This document shows, one piece after another, positions 56,154 to 64,000 of a stretch of 64,000 bases of DNA. The DNA is taken from positions 146,537 through 210,536 of the forward strand of contig MGFX01000006.1 in the NCBI GenBank assembly GCA_001792115.1, read 5' to 3'. Source of the stretch: Candidatus Woesebacteria bacterium RBG_16_42_24 (GTDB taxonomy: Bacteria; Patescibacteriota; Microgenomatia; UBA8517). Every line of letters starts with the position of its first letter. Position 1 is the first letter of the stretch. Under the pieces are notes generated by a model, which saw nothing but the letters and a program-made list of their open reading frames with translations, had not been told where the DNA came from and ran no database searches. A program made the position numbers and the translations under genes.

Positions 56154-56407
56154 TATCTAACAGTTTGTATCAGATCCTGCGAAGGGGTAGAATCCTGCCT
56201 TCTAGGGTTCTTCAAAGAGAAAAAATAACTAATAAGGCCCAAAAGAATTACAGCCATACAGGCTAAAATTAAGAAATTATTGTTGTCCTTAAATTCCTTC
56301 ATAATAGATTTCAAGGAAACCCTAGATTTTTATCTAAGGAGGAATTGAACCTACTATATCATCCTCCCTCAGGGAAACCGCAAACTTTAGTTTGCTTAAG
56401 GATGTTA

Positions 56408-56611
56408 TTAGAATCCTTGGTATTCCCAGGTTTCCTGATTAAAAGCTTCGTCACCTAAAATTTTCGGACTATCACCCCAGGAGGTGGTACTAAGAAAAGT
56501 GTAAGACATAGCTACTAAAAGAGCAAAGACGAAAACGGGCAAGAGAAAAAGGAGAATGTTAAGGGAATTGTTGAGACGGTTTTTGTGGAGATGTAAGATT
56601 TCTGGCAGCAT
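56408..56611 (-). CDS. Small hydrophobic protein
   Basis: 67 aa, one TM helix. Confidence 0.25.
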   Translation of the reverse strand: MLPEILHLHKNRLNNSLNILLFLLPVFVFALLVAMSYTFLSTTSWGDSPKILGDEAFNQETWEYQGF

Positions 56612-56715
56612 ACTTCTATTTTACACGAGATTGCAAATAGGTGAAAATAGGTTAAGATTTCTTAGATGGTAAGAAAGTACCCTAAATACCCTAGATTATT
56701 TAGTCAGCACTTCTA

Positions 56716-57792
56716 ATGCCCGACCTGTTTATCCGTTCAAAATTAAATCCCATTTTAAGAAATATCCCGGGCCATGATTGGGAGGCAGTTAAAGTCTACA
56801 ATCCGGGTGTTATTTTCCACGAAGGGAATTTCCATCTTTTCTACCGTGCGGTTGGTAGAGGCAAGGGACGGCATTCGGCGATTGGCTACGCTATTTCAAA
56901 AGATGGAGAACATTTTAAAAGATTAGCAAAACCACTATTAGATAGAGATGAAGGAAACCCCCATGAATATCGAGGGTTAGAAGATCCCCGACTTACAAAA
57001 ATTGATGACACTTTTTATATGGCTTATGCTGCTTATGATGGTAGTTCAGTTAGATTGTCGATCGCAACTTCTAAAGATCTCAAAAAATGGGTAAAACATC
57101 CTCCGGCTTTTAAAGACTTTCTTTTAACAAAAATGGGTGGAGTTTTTGTGAAGTGGATAGAAGGAAAGCCAATTGATCTATATAAGCCCAAAACACCCGA
57201 GCGTGATATTAGAACAAAAGCAGGTGGTATTTTTCCAGAGAAAATCGGCGGTAAATACTGGATGTTATTTAATGAGTTTCGCATTTGGCTTGCTCAATCA
57301 GACGACTTGATAACATGGAACGCCCTCCCCGGACCTTATATTGGGCCCAGGAAGGGAAGTGAATTATTTGACAACGTATTTGTAGAGATGGGACCTCCTC
57401 CCATAAAAACCGACAAAGGGTGGCTAGTTCTTTATCACGGTATAGACTTAAAAGACATTTATCGCTTGGGCTTTATTCTACTAGATATTAATGATCCAAA
57501 AAAAATTATATACCGCTCAGATCAAGCGATATTTGAGCCAAGCGAGCGTTATGAGAAAGAAGGTATTTACGATATCCTTCCTGGTGGACTAGACAAAATT
57601 TTAAATATGAATACATTCGAATTAAGACAGTATTTAGGGAATCTAACCAATAAGGGAATTATGCCGGAAGTAATTTTTTGCTGCGGAGCAGTAGTGGTAG
57701 AAAATGATTTAAGAATCTATTATGGTGCTGGAGACACATCTATTTGTACTGCTACCGTTTCTCTTGAGAAAATTCTGTCTTTAGCAAGTTGA
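56716..57792 (+). CDS. GH130-family glycoside phosphorylase/hydrolase (DUF377, beta-mannoside-type)
   Basis: 358 aa; NPGVIFHEGNFHLFYRAVG and LEDPRLTKIDDTFYMAY five-bladed propeller motifs of GH130. Confidence 0.7.
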   Translation: MPDLFIRSKLNPILRNIPGHDWEAVKVYNPGVIFHEGNFHLFYRAVGRGKGRHSAIGYAISKDGEHFKRLAKPLLDRDEGNPHEYRGLEDPRLTKIDDTFYMAYAAYDGSSVRLSIATSKDLKKWVKHPPAFKDFLLTKMGGVFVKWIEGKPIDLYKPKTPERDIRTKAGGIFPEKIGGKYWMLFNEFRIWLAQSDDLITWNALPGPYIGPRKGSELFDNVFVEMGPPPIKTDKGWLVLYHGIDLKDIYRLGFILLDINDPKKIIYRSDQAIFEPSERYEKEGIYDILPGGLDKILNMNTFELRQYLGNLTNKGIMPEVIFCCGAVVVENDLRIYYGAGDTSICTATVSLEKILSLAS

Positions 57793-57867
57793 AATTGTAA
57801 ATCCCTACGTATACGATCCTTAATTTGACTATTAACACCTGGACCACTACAATACTGATCCAAAGCT

Positions 57868-58203
57868 ATGAGTAAAGCAGAATTAAAAGCAGAATCATTA
57901 GATACTTTTAGAAATTGGTGGTTCGTTAATCAGGGAGATCCGGATATACCATATAACCCACAGGATGAGTGGACTATAGCACTCAGACGAAGACATAGAC
58001 TTCCTATCGATGCCACATTAATCGATGTTCTAAGAGTAGCCATGGAACTTGTAGAAAAACCCGGTTGGGAACATGAGGCCTCTGAACTAGTTCTTAATCG
58101 TCGACTTGAAACTTCAGAATTCAGGGCTTTATTACCTTTCCCTGAAGGAAGTACACCTGAACAAAAAATTATAATTCTTCTGCAGAAAACACTTCGAAAA
58201 TAA
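57868..58203 (+). CDS. Hypothetical protein
   Basis: 111 aa ORF. Confidence 0.35.
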   Translation: MSKAELKAESLDTFRNWWFVNQGDPDIPYNPQDEWTIALRRRHRLPIDATLIDVLRVAMELVEKPGWEHEASELVLNRRLETSEFRALLPFPEGSTPEQKIIILLQKTLRK

Positions 58204-58215
58204 ATATTTCTTTTG

Positions 58216-58301
58216 TGCCAGGGACAGGACTCGAACCTGCACTCCCGTTAAAGGGAACACGGCCCTAAACCGTGTGTGTCTGCCAATTTCACCACCCTGG
58301 C
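58216..58301 (-). tRNA. tRNA-Leu (anticodon TAG), long variable arm
   Basis: Reverse complement GCCAGGGTGGTGAAATTGGCAGACACACACGGTTTAGGGCCGTGTTCCCTTTAACGGGAGTGCAGGTTCGAGTCCTGTCCCTGGCA. Confidence 0.85.
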
Positions 58302-58312
58302 TTTAGGCTATA

Positions 58313-58942
58313 TTATACCAGTTTGGGTCTTTTTGAGGCCTTCGGTTTGCCTAAATAAATGTTCAATGTCTTATACCCCGATAAAACTAGAGCTATTGCA
58401 CGCATGGAACCGTCGTCTATATCTCCGGCCATCTTTTTTAGACACCAAGTTCTACCTTTAGTGCCGGTTCCACCCTCAAATACAATTGGGAATAAATATT
58501 CATCGGAGCTTATAATATCTGCAAAATCCATAATTCTGGGTATTGCTCTTTTGGACCTTGCACGCATACGTTTGGAGTTATTTTTTATCGCTTTTTTGAC
58601 ATAGGCAGCTGTTTGTTCGAGCGAGCAACAAGTCCAAGCCGAAGGCAAGCCCCCTGCTTGTCTCCACACTCCGAGCTCATTTATAGTAGCACTAGCCAGC
58701 CACCAATTACTATTGTTATATGCTTTTAATCTCCCTTTCGAACCTTCAGCTACGATATCATCCAACTGCTTCTGACTGAGCTTATTTGTAGAGTATTTTG
58801 AGTGACTAAGTTTACTTAAAAATTGAGATCTCGCAAGCTTAGGTAAAAATTTCGTCCCTTTCCGACGAGAAAGTTTAAGCTTGTCTGCTGCTACAAAGGC
58901 ACGTTTTACATTTAGAGGAGGAACTCTTTTTAAAAGGTTCAT
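58313..58942 (-). CDS. Hypothetical basic protein
   Basis: 209 aa; K/R-rich N- and C-termini; no recognised motif. Confidence 0.4.
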   Translation of the reverse strand: MNLLKRVPPLNVKRAFVAADKLKLSRRKGTKFLPKLARSQFLSKLSHSKYSTNKLSQKQLDDIVAEGSKGRLKAYNNSNWWLASATINELGVWRQAGGLPSAWTCCSLEQTAAYVKKAIKNNSKRMRARSKRAIPRIMDFADIISSDEYLFPIVFEGGTGTKGRTWCLKKMAGDIDDGSMRAIALVLSGYKTLNIYLGKPKASKRPKLV

Positions 58943-58967
58943 GCCTAGCAGTCAATTATACCTCAAC

Positions 58968-59495
58968 TTAGCCTTCCAGGTCGAAGTATATAGGGAGAGA
59001 TTCGATTTTTTGCATGAAAAATTTTACCTTCCAAGCCCAAGTTGAGCTAGGAGGAGCGTAGCGCCTGGCGATACGATTGATAGTTGGTGCTCCCCTATCT
59101 ATATACTTTTCCCTAAGGGCTTTGCCTACAACTTCAATCGATTCGTCCCAAGAACTAAATTGATAGTTCCCGTTTGCCCATCCATAAGCGTTAAACGAAT
59201 TTTTGGGAATTCTTTTACCGAATGTTGATTCTACCCCGGTGATTGCCGGAATAAGCCTCCAGTCGAGGTTATAGGTGTCGGCTACCTCAATAAATTTATC
59301 GGAGTAGCCAGCCAAAGGAGAATTATGAGATTCAAGATAACTCTTAAGAATCTCGGCTCTAGGGTCTTGCCCATTAACAACTTTAACCCTTAGAGAAGCA
59401 GAAGGGTCAGCCACGTAAGAAGCGGCCGCGACATGTCCGGCAAAAGAAAAAGTTAACAAAGCTAAGACTATAAGTATAGATAATATTTTTGACAT
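58968..59495 (-). CDS. Secreted glucosaminidase-like (FlgJ/LytD-type) domain protein, paralog A
   Basis: 175 aa; signal peptide; IPAITGVESTFGK...NAYGW resembles the PF01832 glucosaminidase core (ESgwG...N.fG). Confidence 0.5.
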   Translation of the reverse strand: MSKILSILIVLALLTFSFAGHVAAASYVADPSASLRVKVVNGQDPRAEILKSYLESHNSPLAGYSDKFIEVADTYNLDWRLIPAITGVESTFGKRIPKNSFNAYGWANGNYQFSSWDESIEVVGKALREKYIDRGAPTINRIARRYAPPSSTWAWKVKFFMQKIESLPIYFDLEG

Positions 59496-59510
59496 ATATC
59501 CTTTTCAACA

Positions 59511-59534
59511 AAAGAGGGTCGCCTGTTGGCGACC
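59511..59534 (-). terminator. Rho-independent terminator downstream of the methyltransferase gene (GAGGGUCGCC-loop-GGCGACCCUC + UCUUUUGUUG)
   Basis: 10-bp perfect stem, 4-nt loop, U-rich tail on the minus strand. Confidence 0.65.
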
Positions 59535-59675
59535 CTCATATATGTGAGTAGAGCCTTGCGGCACTACTCGAAAAATTCCAACGCTCGATACTGCAAAGCA
59601 GATCTTGCCTCGGAATCTAGGTAGTACTATATCATATACTTATAGGTCTTGTCAAGGGTGGGGATGTTTTTTAAG

Positions 59676-60446
59676 CTAATGAGGTCTCTTTTGCGCAAGA
59701 AGAAAAATAGAAGGACCGAAATTTATGAACCCAAAAGGAATTTGCAGTTTTTTTTCAATTGATATAAGCGTATCCAAGGGAAGGAGGCTTTTTAGTCTTG
59801 GGCTACGTATATTAGAGACGGAGCGCACCTCTAATATATCAAAGTCACATTCGATAAGTTTGTGTTTAATTACTTCAGGGTGGTAATTAAGAAAAGGCAG
59901 GGCAGCATCTCTAATTGATTTTTTACTGCGCAGGTCCTTCGGAAAAATGTCTAAGGGGAATGTCAGATTGCCTTTAAAAAATTCAGAAACTGTTGCTTTG
60001 AAGTGTTTTTTGTTGGCAAACTCTAAGATTAGGTATCCCCTATTTTTTAAAAGATTGCACATAATTTCTATTGCCCCCTCAATATCTTTTATGTGATGGA
60101 AGACTCTAACGCAGACAATTAAGTCCATACTTTTTGGCTTTATTTTCCCAGGTAAGTTTTCAATAGCGGAGTGGACGAAATAAAAGTTTTTAGAATTAAA
60201 TTTTTGTCTGGCTTGCGAGAGTAACTTGGAAGAGGGGTCGGAAAGGGTTATTTTTTTGGCTCGAAATGCGTATGAAGAAGTAAGCCTGCCGTAACCCGCG
60301 CCAATTTCTAAAATTGTTTTGGTCTCAGGAATTTTATTTAAGAAAGCCTTTATAGCTTCAACTTCCGATTGGTGCTCGTACTGCCTGCCTTCCCAGTAGG
60401 ACGGATAGTCGTAAGTATCGTAGTGTGCGCCCATAAACTTACTCAA
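59676..60446 (-). CDS. Class I SAM-dependent methyltransferase
   Basis: 256 aa; motif I ILEIGAGYGRLT; motif post-I LSDPS. Confidence 0.75.
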   Translation of the reverse strand: MSKFMGAHYDTYDYPSYWEGRQYEHQSEVEAIKAFLNKIPETKTILEIGAGYGRLTSSYAFRAKKITLSDPSSKLLSQARQKFNSKNFYFVHSAIENLPGKIKPKSMDLIVCVRVFHHIKDIEGAIEIMCNLLKNRGYLILEFANKKHFKATVSEFFKGNLTFPLDIFPKDLRSKKSIRDAALPFLNYHPEVIKHKLIECDFDILEVRSVSNIRSPRLKSLLPLDTLISIEKKLQIPFGFINFGPSIFLLAQKRPH

Positions 60447-60540
60447 ACTTTCTTTATTGAAGAAAGTTTGGCAAAGAAAAATTACAAAAATTTTGGAATA
60501 ACTGGTATTTTAGCACGAGGACATAAGAAAGGAGTCTGAT

Positions 60541-61185
60541 TCACTCCATTTCGGCCATGAATTTGCCCACTCCCTCTGACCACGAACCGGGAGAAAGAGG
60601 CGTGTATTTACTCATTATTTCCTCTAAGCTCTTATACCCTTTGTCTAAATACTCTTCTCTGATACCTTTCGACACTAGTTCAATTCCCTCTTGGAAAGAA
60701 GAAAAGCCCAAGGTTCCCTCGCTATGGATTCCCCAACCCCAACAGTTGTTTGATTCGGGAGGGATTTTCTTACAAAGGTTCGATTCCTGTTGGGCAATAG
60801 CCGTAGTTAAACGAAAATCAAGGCCATATTTATCGGCAGTATCTACGATAGATGGAGCGTAAGGCTCTAGCGGTGAGTCATAATAGGCAAGATACTGACG
60901 AACTAATTCATGTCTGGCATCTTCCTTGTTTACATACCCAGAAACGCTTGGGAAACTTGTGGGAAGTGAAGCATAAACTCGTACACCGGATTTGGGCGAA
61001 TCAAGGATATTTGTCTGTTTTTCAATACTGCCCACTTTAGTAATATCCGAAAGAGAAAATAAAGATACTAAACTAGCAATAATTACTACCGGGGTTATTG
61101 TAAAAAATAAAGAGGCGAGAATCATATTTTTCCAGAAGGAAAAATTTTCTCGCCCATCGTTAATATTTTCCATCTTTGTCAGCAT
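60541..61185 (-). CDS. Secreted glucosaminidase-like domain protein, paralog B
   Basis: 214 aa; TM anchor; LTTAIAQQESNLCKKIPPESNNCWGWG paralogous to 58968..59495. Confidence 0.5.
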   Translation of the reverse strand: MLTKMENINDGRENFSFWKNMILASLFFTITPVVIIASLVSLFSLSDITKVGSIEKQTNILDSPKSGVRVYASLPTSFPSVSGYVNKEDARHELVRQYLAYYDSPLEPYAPSIVDTADKYGLDFRLTTAIAQQESNLCKKIPPESNNCWGWGIHSEGTLGFSSFQEGIELVSKGIREEYLDKGYKSLEEIMSKYTPLSPGSWSEGVGKFMAEME

Positions 61186-61283
61186 GACATAGTTTGAAGC
61201 TGAAAGTCAAGCTATGGAAGCTGAAAGTTAGGCTCAAATAATGTATAATGTGATTCTGGCGGACCGCTTTTTAGATCGAAAAT

Positions 61284-61355
61284 GGGCCTGTAGCTCAATG
61301 GTAGAGCAAATCCCTCTTAAGGATGAGGTTGAAGGTTCGAATCCTTCCAGGCTCA
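61284..61355 (+). tRNA. tRNA-Lys (anticodon CTT)
   Basis: GGGCCTGTAGCTCAATGGTAGAGCAAATCCCTCTTAAGGATGAGGTTGAAGGTTCGAATCCTTCCAGGCTCA folds as a cloverleaf. Confidence 0.8.
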
Positions 61356-61384
61356 CAACGCCATTTTCGAACGCCGCATAGGGG

Positions 61385-61421
61385 GAGGAAGAGGTTGGAG
61401 GTTCGAGTCCTCCTGGGCTCA
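61385..61421 (+). other. tRNA-Lys-derived 3' fragment (variable loop + T-arm + 3' acceptor), diverged with compensatory T-stem changes
   Basis: GAGGTTGGAGGTTCGAGTCCTCCTGGGCTCA vs tRNA 3' half GAGGTTGAAGGTTCGAATCCTTCCAGGCTCA; no matching 5' acceptor strand upstream. Confidence 0.6.
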
Positions 61422-61448
61422 CTCAAAAATCTCCGCGGAGATTTTTGA
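61421..61448. terminator. Perfect palindrome CTCAAAAATCTCCGCGGAGATTTTTGAG (bidirectional terminator) after the tRNA fragment
   Basis: 13-bp perfect inverted repeat with A/T runs. Confidence 0.6.
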
Positions 61449-61556
61449 GTGCAAGCACACTATCAAACAGATTAGACGGTTCGAGGGATAAGAAGTTTAC
61501 CCTGAAAACGAAGTTTTTAGGGAATCCCCTGGGCTAACAATCTATGTTTCGTTCTC

Positions 61557-63638
61557 TTGACAATGAGTGAAAAAGCAGGCATTATATCCGTTGTGAAAAC
61601 AAAAAGGAGATCCTCGAGAGTTAGAAAATCGGAAGGTCGCTCAACATGGCTCATGGCTCTTTGGACATTAGTGGTTGTAGCTGTGTTGTTTGTGGGGATA
61701 CAAGTGTTAGGTAAGATAAAGGCGGCCTTTGGAGGATCAGTGCAGGCCGCCGGAACTGCAAATATTCAGGCTTCGGCTGATACTTATCTGCGAGAGGACG
61801 TGGCTGCTTCACCCGGAAATTTTAAGATTATTAATATTTCAAACGTAAGAAACAAGAAACATTGGGGTTTGGTGCGCTTTACGGTGGTCGGTTTGGATTC
61901 GACTGCTACAGTTGTATCAGCTAACATAAAGTTTTACGTGTCTAATGGTGTTAATAAAAACGGTTCGACCGTTTCGGCAGGGTATTTGTGTAAAGCGGTG
62001 GGGGGAAGTTGGAGCGAAGGATCTACAACATGGAACTCGACCAATAATCCGGTAGCTGATTGTAGTGCCACTTTTAATTTAGACACTCCAGGTGCGCCAG
62101 GGGCGGTGCCAGGGGAGACTAAGATCTCAGGAGATGTTTCATCGGTGGTGACTGGTAATGGAACATACGATTTCTATATCATGACAAATGTTTTAGATGA
62201 CGTGACATATTCATCTAAAGAGGCTGATACGACTTCTGCGGGGGGTGCGTTTGTGATCCCGGATAATTATCCGACATTGACTATTAATTGGCAGATGGAA
62301 GGCCAGATTACACCTACTCCGACTCCTACGGTACCGCTTACCCACGGGCCATTTGTGGGAGGAGTGACAGATACCGTAGCCAAAGTGTTTGTGAGAACTT
62401 CGTCTGCTACGTCGGTACAGCTTGAGTACAGCACGGTCCCTGATTTGTCTTCGGGAGTGATGCAGAGTGAAGTGAAGAATACGACTTCGAGTGCGGATTA
62501 CACAACAATTTTGGGACTGTCAGGATTGTCGGCCGGAACGACGTACTATTATTCGGTAGTGGGAAACAGTACTATCTATCACTTTACGACTTTCCCCTCC
62601 CAGCTTTCTTTACCGACCAGTTTGCAGTTTGCGGTATTCGCCGATTTGTCTTCTCAAGATGTTACTGCCCCTGGGTATATGACTGCGGCAAACATGAATC
62701 CTGCGTTTGTCGGACAAATTGGAGATTTAGGTCATCAGCCCGACCCAGGAGCGAGACCATTACCCATTGTTATTGAAAATTGGCGCAAGAGATTTAAGCA
62801 GGCTTATGGTGATTATGATCCCATGAGACCAGATGGTAAAGATTTTGCTAGTGCATTTAGGAACATTCCACTCTTTCACATTTGGGATGACCACGACTAT
62901 GGTAAGAACAATGCTGACAAAACTACCTTTTCAGGATCGGATGCTTATATAAGACCGCTTGTTGTGAATTCCTTCCTGGAGTACAACCCATTGTACGAAT
63001 TGGCTTCGGGCGATCCCTTGAACAAAGGTATGTGGTACAGCTTTAGGTATGGTAAGCTGGCTGAGGTTTATGTACTTGATGTAAGGTCTCAAAGATCACC
63101 GAATTCGACTTCTTTTTCAGATCCAACTAAGGCAATGTTGGGAACCGAACAAGAGGATTGGCTAAAGAATAGGTTGAGTACTGCTCAGGCCGATGGGGTG
63201 GTATGGAAAGTGATTGTGTCTCCGTCGAGTTGGAACCCGCTTGGGAAGGGTTACAACAATACTCCTAAAGGAGAGGACAACTGGGCGTTGTTTCCTATAG
63301 AACGGACTGAGTTGATTAACTATATTAACGATCCTGTGAATCCAATTCGAAATGTGTTTGTAGTGACGGGAGATATGCACACGGGGGGTGCATATGATGA
63401 CGGAACACATGGGGTTATTCCGGAGCTTACGGTACCCCACACTAATATCAACCAGCAGAACTATTGTACAGGTACAAACGTAAAGAGCATAGCTGATTGT
63501 GGACTGTGGACTCAGATATTGCCAGGGAAGAATAATGCAGGGTTTGGGTGGTTTGATTTGACTCCAACTAGCGCAAATCTCAAAGTTATCCGTGCCGACG
63601 GTTTCCAGCAGTTCTCTTATACCAGAACGGCACAATAA
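61557..63638 (+). CDS. Secreted PhoD-like metallophosphatase with N-terminal DNRLRE-type domain and Pro/Thr linker
   Basis: 693 aa; TM/signal; ADTYLRED...LVRF...ANIKFYV (DNRLRE-like); PTPTPTV linker; FAVFADLS, GDLGHQ, IWDDHDYG (PhoD WDDHE signature). Confidence 0.6.
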   Translation: MTMSEKAGIISVVKTKRRSSRVRKSEGRSTWLMALWTLVVVAVLFVGIQVLGKIKAAFGGSVQAAGTANIQASADTYLREDVAASPGNFKIINISNVRNKKHWGLVRFTVVGLDSTATVVSANIKFYVSNGVNKNGSTVSAGYLCKAVGGSWSEGSTTWNSTNNPVADCSATFNLDTPGAPGAVPGETKISGDVSSVVTGNGTYDFYIMTNVLDDVTYSSKEADTTSAGGAFVIPDNYPTLTINWQMEGQITPTPTPTVPLTHGPFVGGVTDTVAKVFVRTSSATSVQLEYSTVPDLSSGVMQSEVKNTTSSADYTTILGLSGLSAGTTYYYSVVGNSTIYHFTTFPSQLSLPTSLQFAVFADLSSQDVTAPGYMTAANMNPAFVGQIGDLGHQPDPGARPLPIVIENWRKRFKQAYGDYDPMRPDGKDFASAFRNIPLFHIWDDHDYGKNNADKTTFSGSDAYIRPLVVNSFLEYNPLYELASGDPLNKGMWYSFRYGKLAEVYVLDVRSQRSPNSTSFSDPTKAMLGTEQEDWLKNRLSTAQADGVVWKVIVSPSSWNPLGKGYNNTPKGEDNWALFPIERTELINYINDPVNPIRNVFVVTGDMHTGGAYDDGTHGVIPELTVPHTNINQQNYCTGTNVKSIADCGLWTQILPGKNNAGFGWFDLTPTSANLKVIRADGFQQFSYTRTAQ

Positions 63639-64000
63639 TCTAGTCTTCTTTAAACGAGGCTAAATTCCCAGCGAGAAAATATTGAAACTTCTTTGATTAG
63701 AAATTGACTTGTCCCCTTCATTTAATACGAAAGTTAACTTCAAAAGCCCTGAAACGCCCGGTGCTTTCAGCTTAAAAATCATTAGAGCGGAATGGAAAGG
63801 CTCAATAAGCGGAGCATAAACAAGCCGGGTAGTTTCGGTGGACTCCCCCACCTCGTTAAGAGTTAGGATTGTCTCCTCATTAAGTATAGTTTGGCCAAGG
63901 TTACTAACTACTAAAGCTACATAAAATTCACTACCCGACCTAATAATAAGAGGTCTAAATGTGGCTGCAATACGGGCCGAAGCGACTCTCTCTGGTTGCC

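Noticed and set aside
61234-61422. 62-aa ORF on the minus strand
   Set aside because: It lies antisense across tRNA-Lys and the tRNA fragment, so it is an artefact of tRNA sequence.
63660-64000. Minus-strand ORF fragments at the window end
   Set aside because: They probably belong to a gene extending beyond the window. They are incomplete and without motifs, so not annotated.

Overview
This is a compact, gene-dense bacterial segment with short genes, slimmed-down aminoacyl-tRNA synthetases and a complete type IV pilus locus. That style fits a small-genome lineage such as CPR/Patescibacteria, but the lineage call is inference only. The housekeeping backbone comprises the thrS-infC-rpmI-rplT-pheS-pheT operon, tyrS, recG, rpmF-nusB-rnc-rpsP, a class A PBP, gyrB, holB, typA, tig, dinB, an H+/Na+-pyrophosphatase, and tRNA-Ala(GGC), tRNA-Val(GAC), tRNA-Leu(TAG) and tRNA-Lys(CTT). 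A continuous plus-strand type IV pilus cluster runs from 18.0 to 30.1 kb: pilB, pilT, pilC, a major pilin, pilD, seven pilin-like/pseudopilin genes, then pilM, pilN and pilO. Two things stand out. First, from 3.1 to 11.7 kb nearly every intergenic gap between small accessory-type genes carries one of two short, strand-oriented conserved motif families (family 1 in the first part, family 2 in the second). Most copies sit directly against stop codons, giving a cassette-like array. The genes involved encode SET, CsaA, APH-like, RidA, His-phosphatase, HAD, VOC and NUDIX proteins. Second, four consecutive pilin-like genes carry heptanucleotide tandem repeats of 3-4 units inside or over their 5' ends or start codons. 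This is the classic architecture for slipped-strand phase variation, and one set generates three overlapping ATGs in successive frames. Other notable items are: a ~70-150 nt structured repeat present three times with a compensatory hairpin; a TrpR/YerC-like regulator flanked by twin perfect palindromes, one fused to a consensus promoter; a terminator plus a 99-aa ORF inserted between rplT and pheS; an ACP-like protein lacking the canonical serine; and a tRNA-Lys followed by a diverged tRNA 3' fragment and a palindromic terminator.
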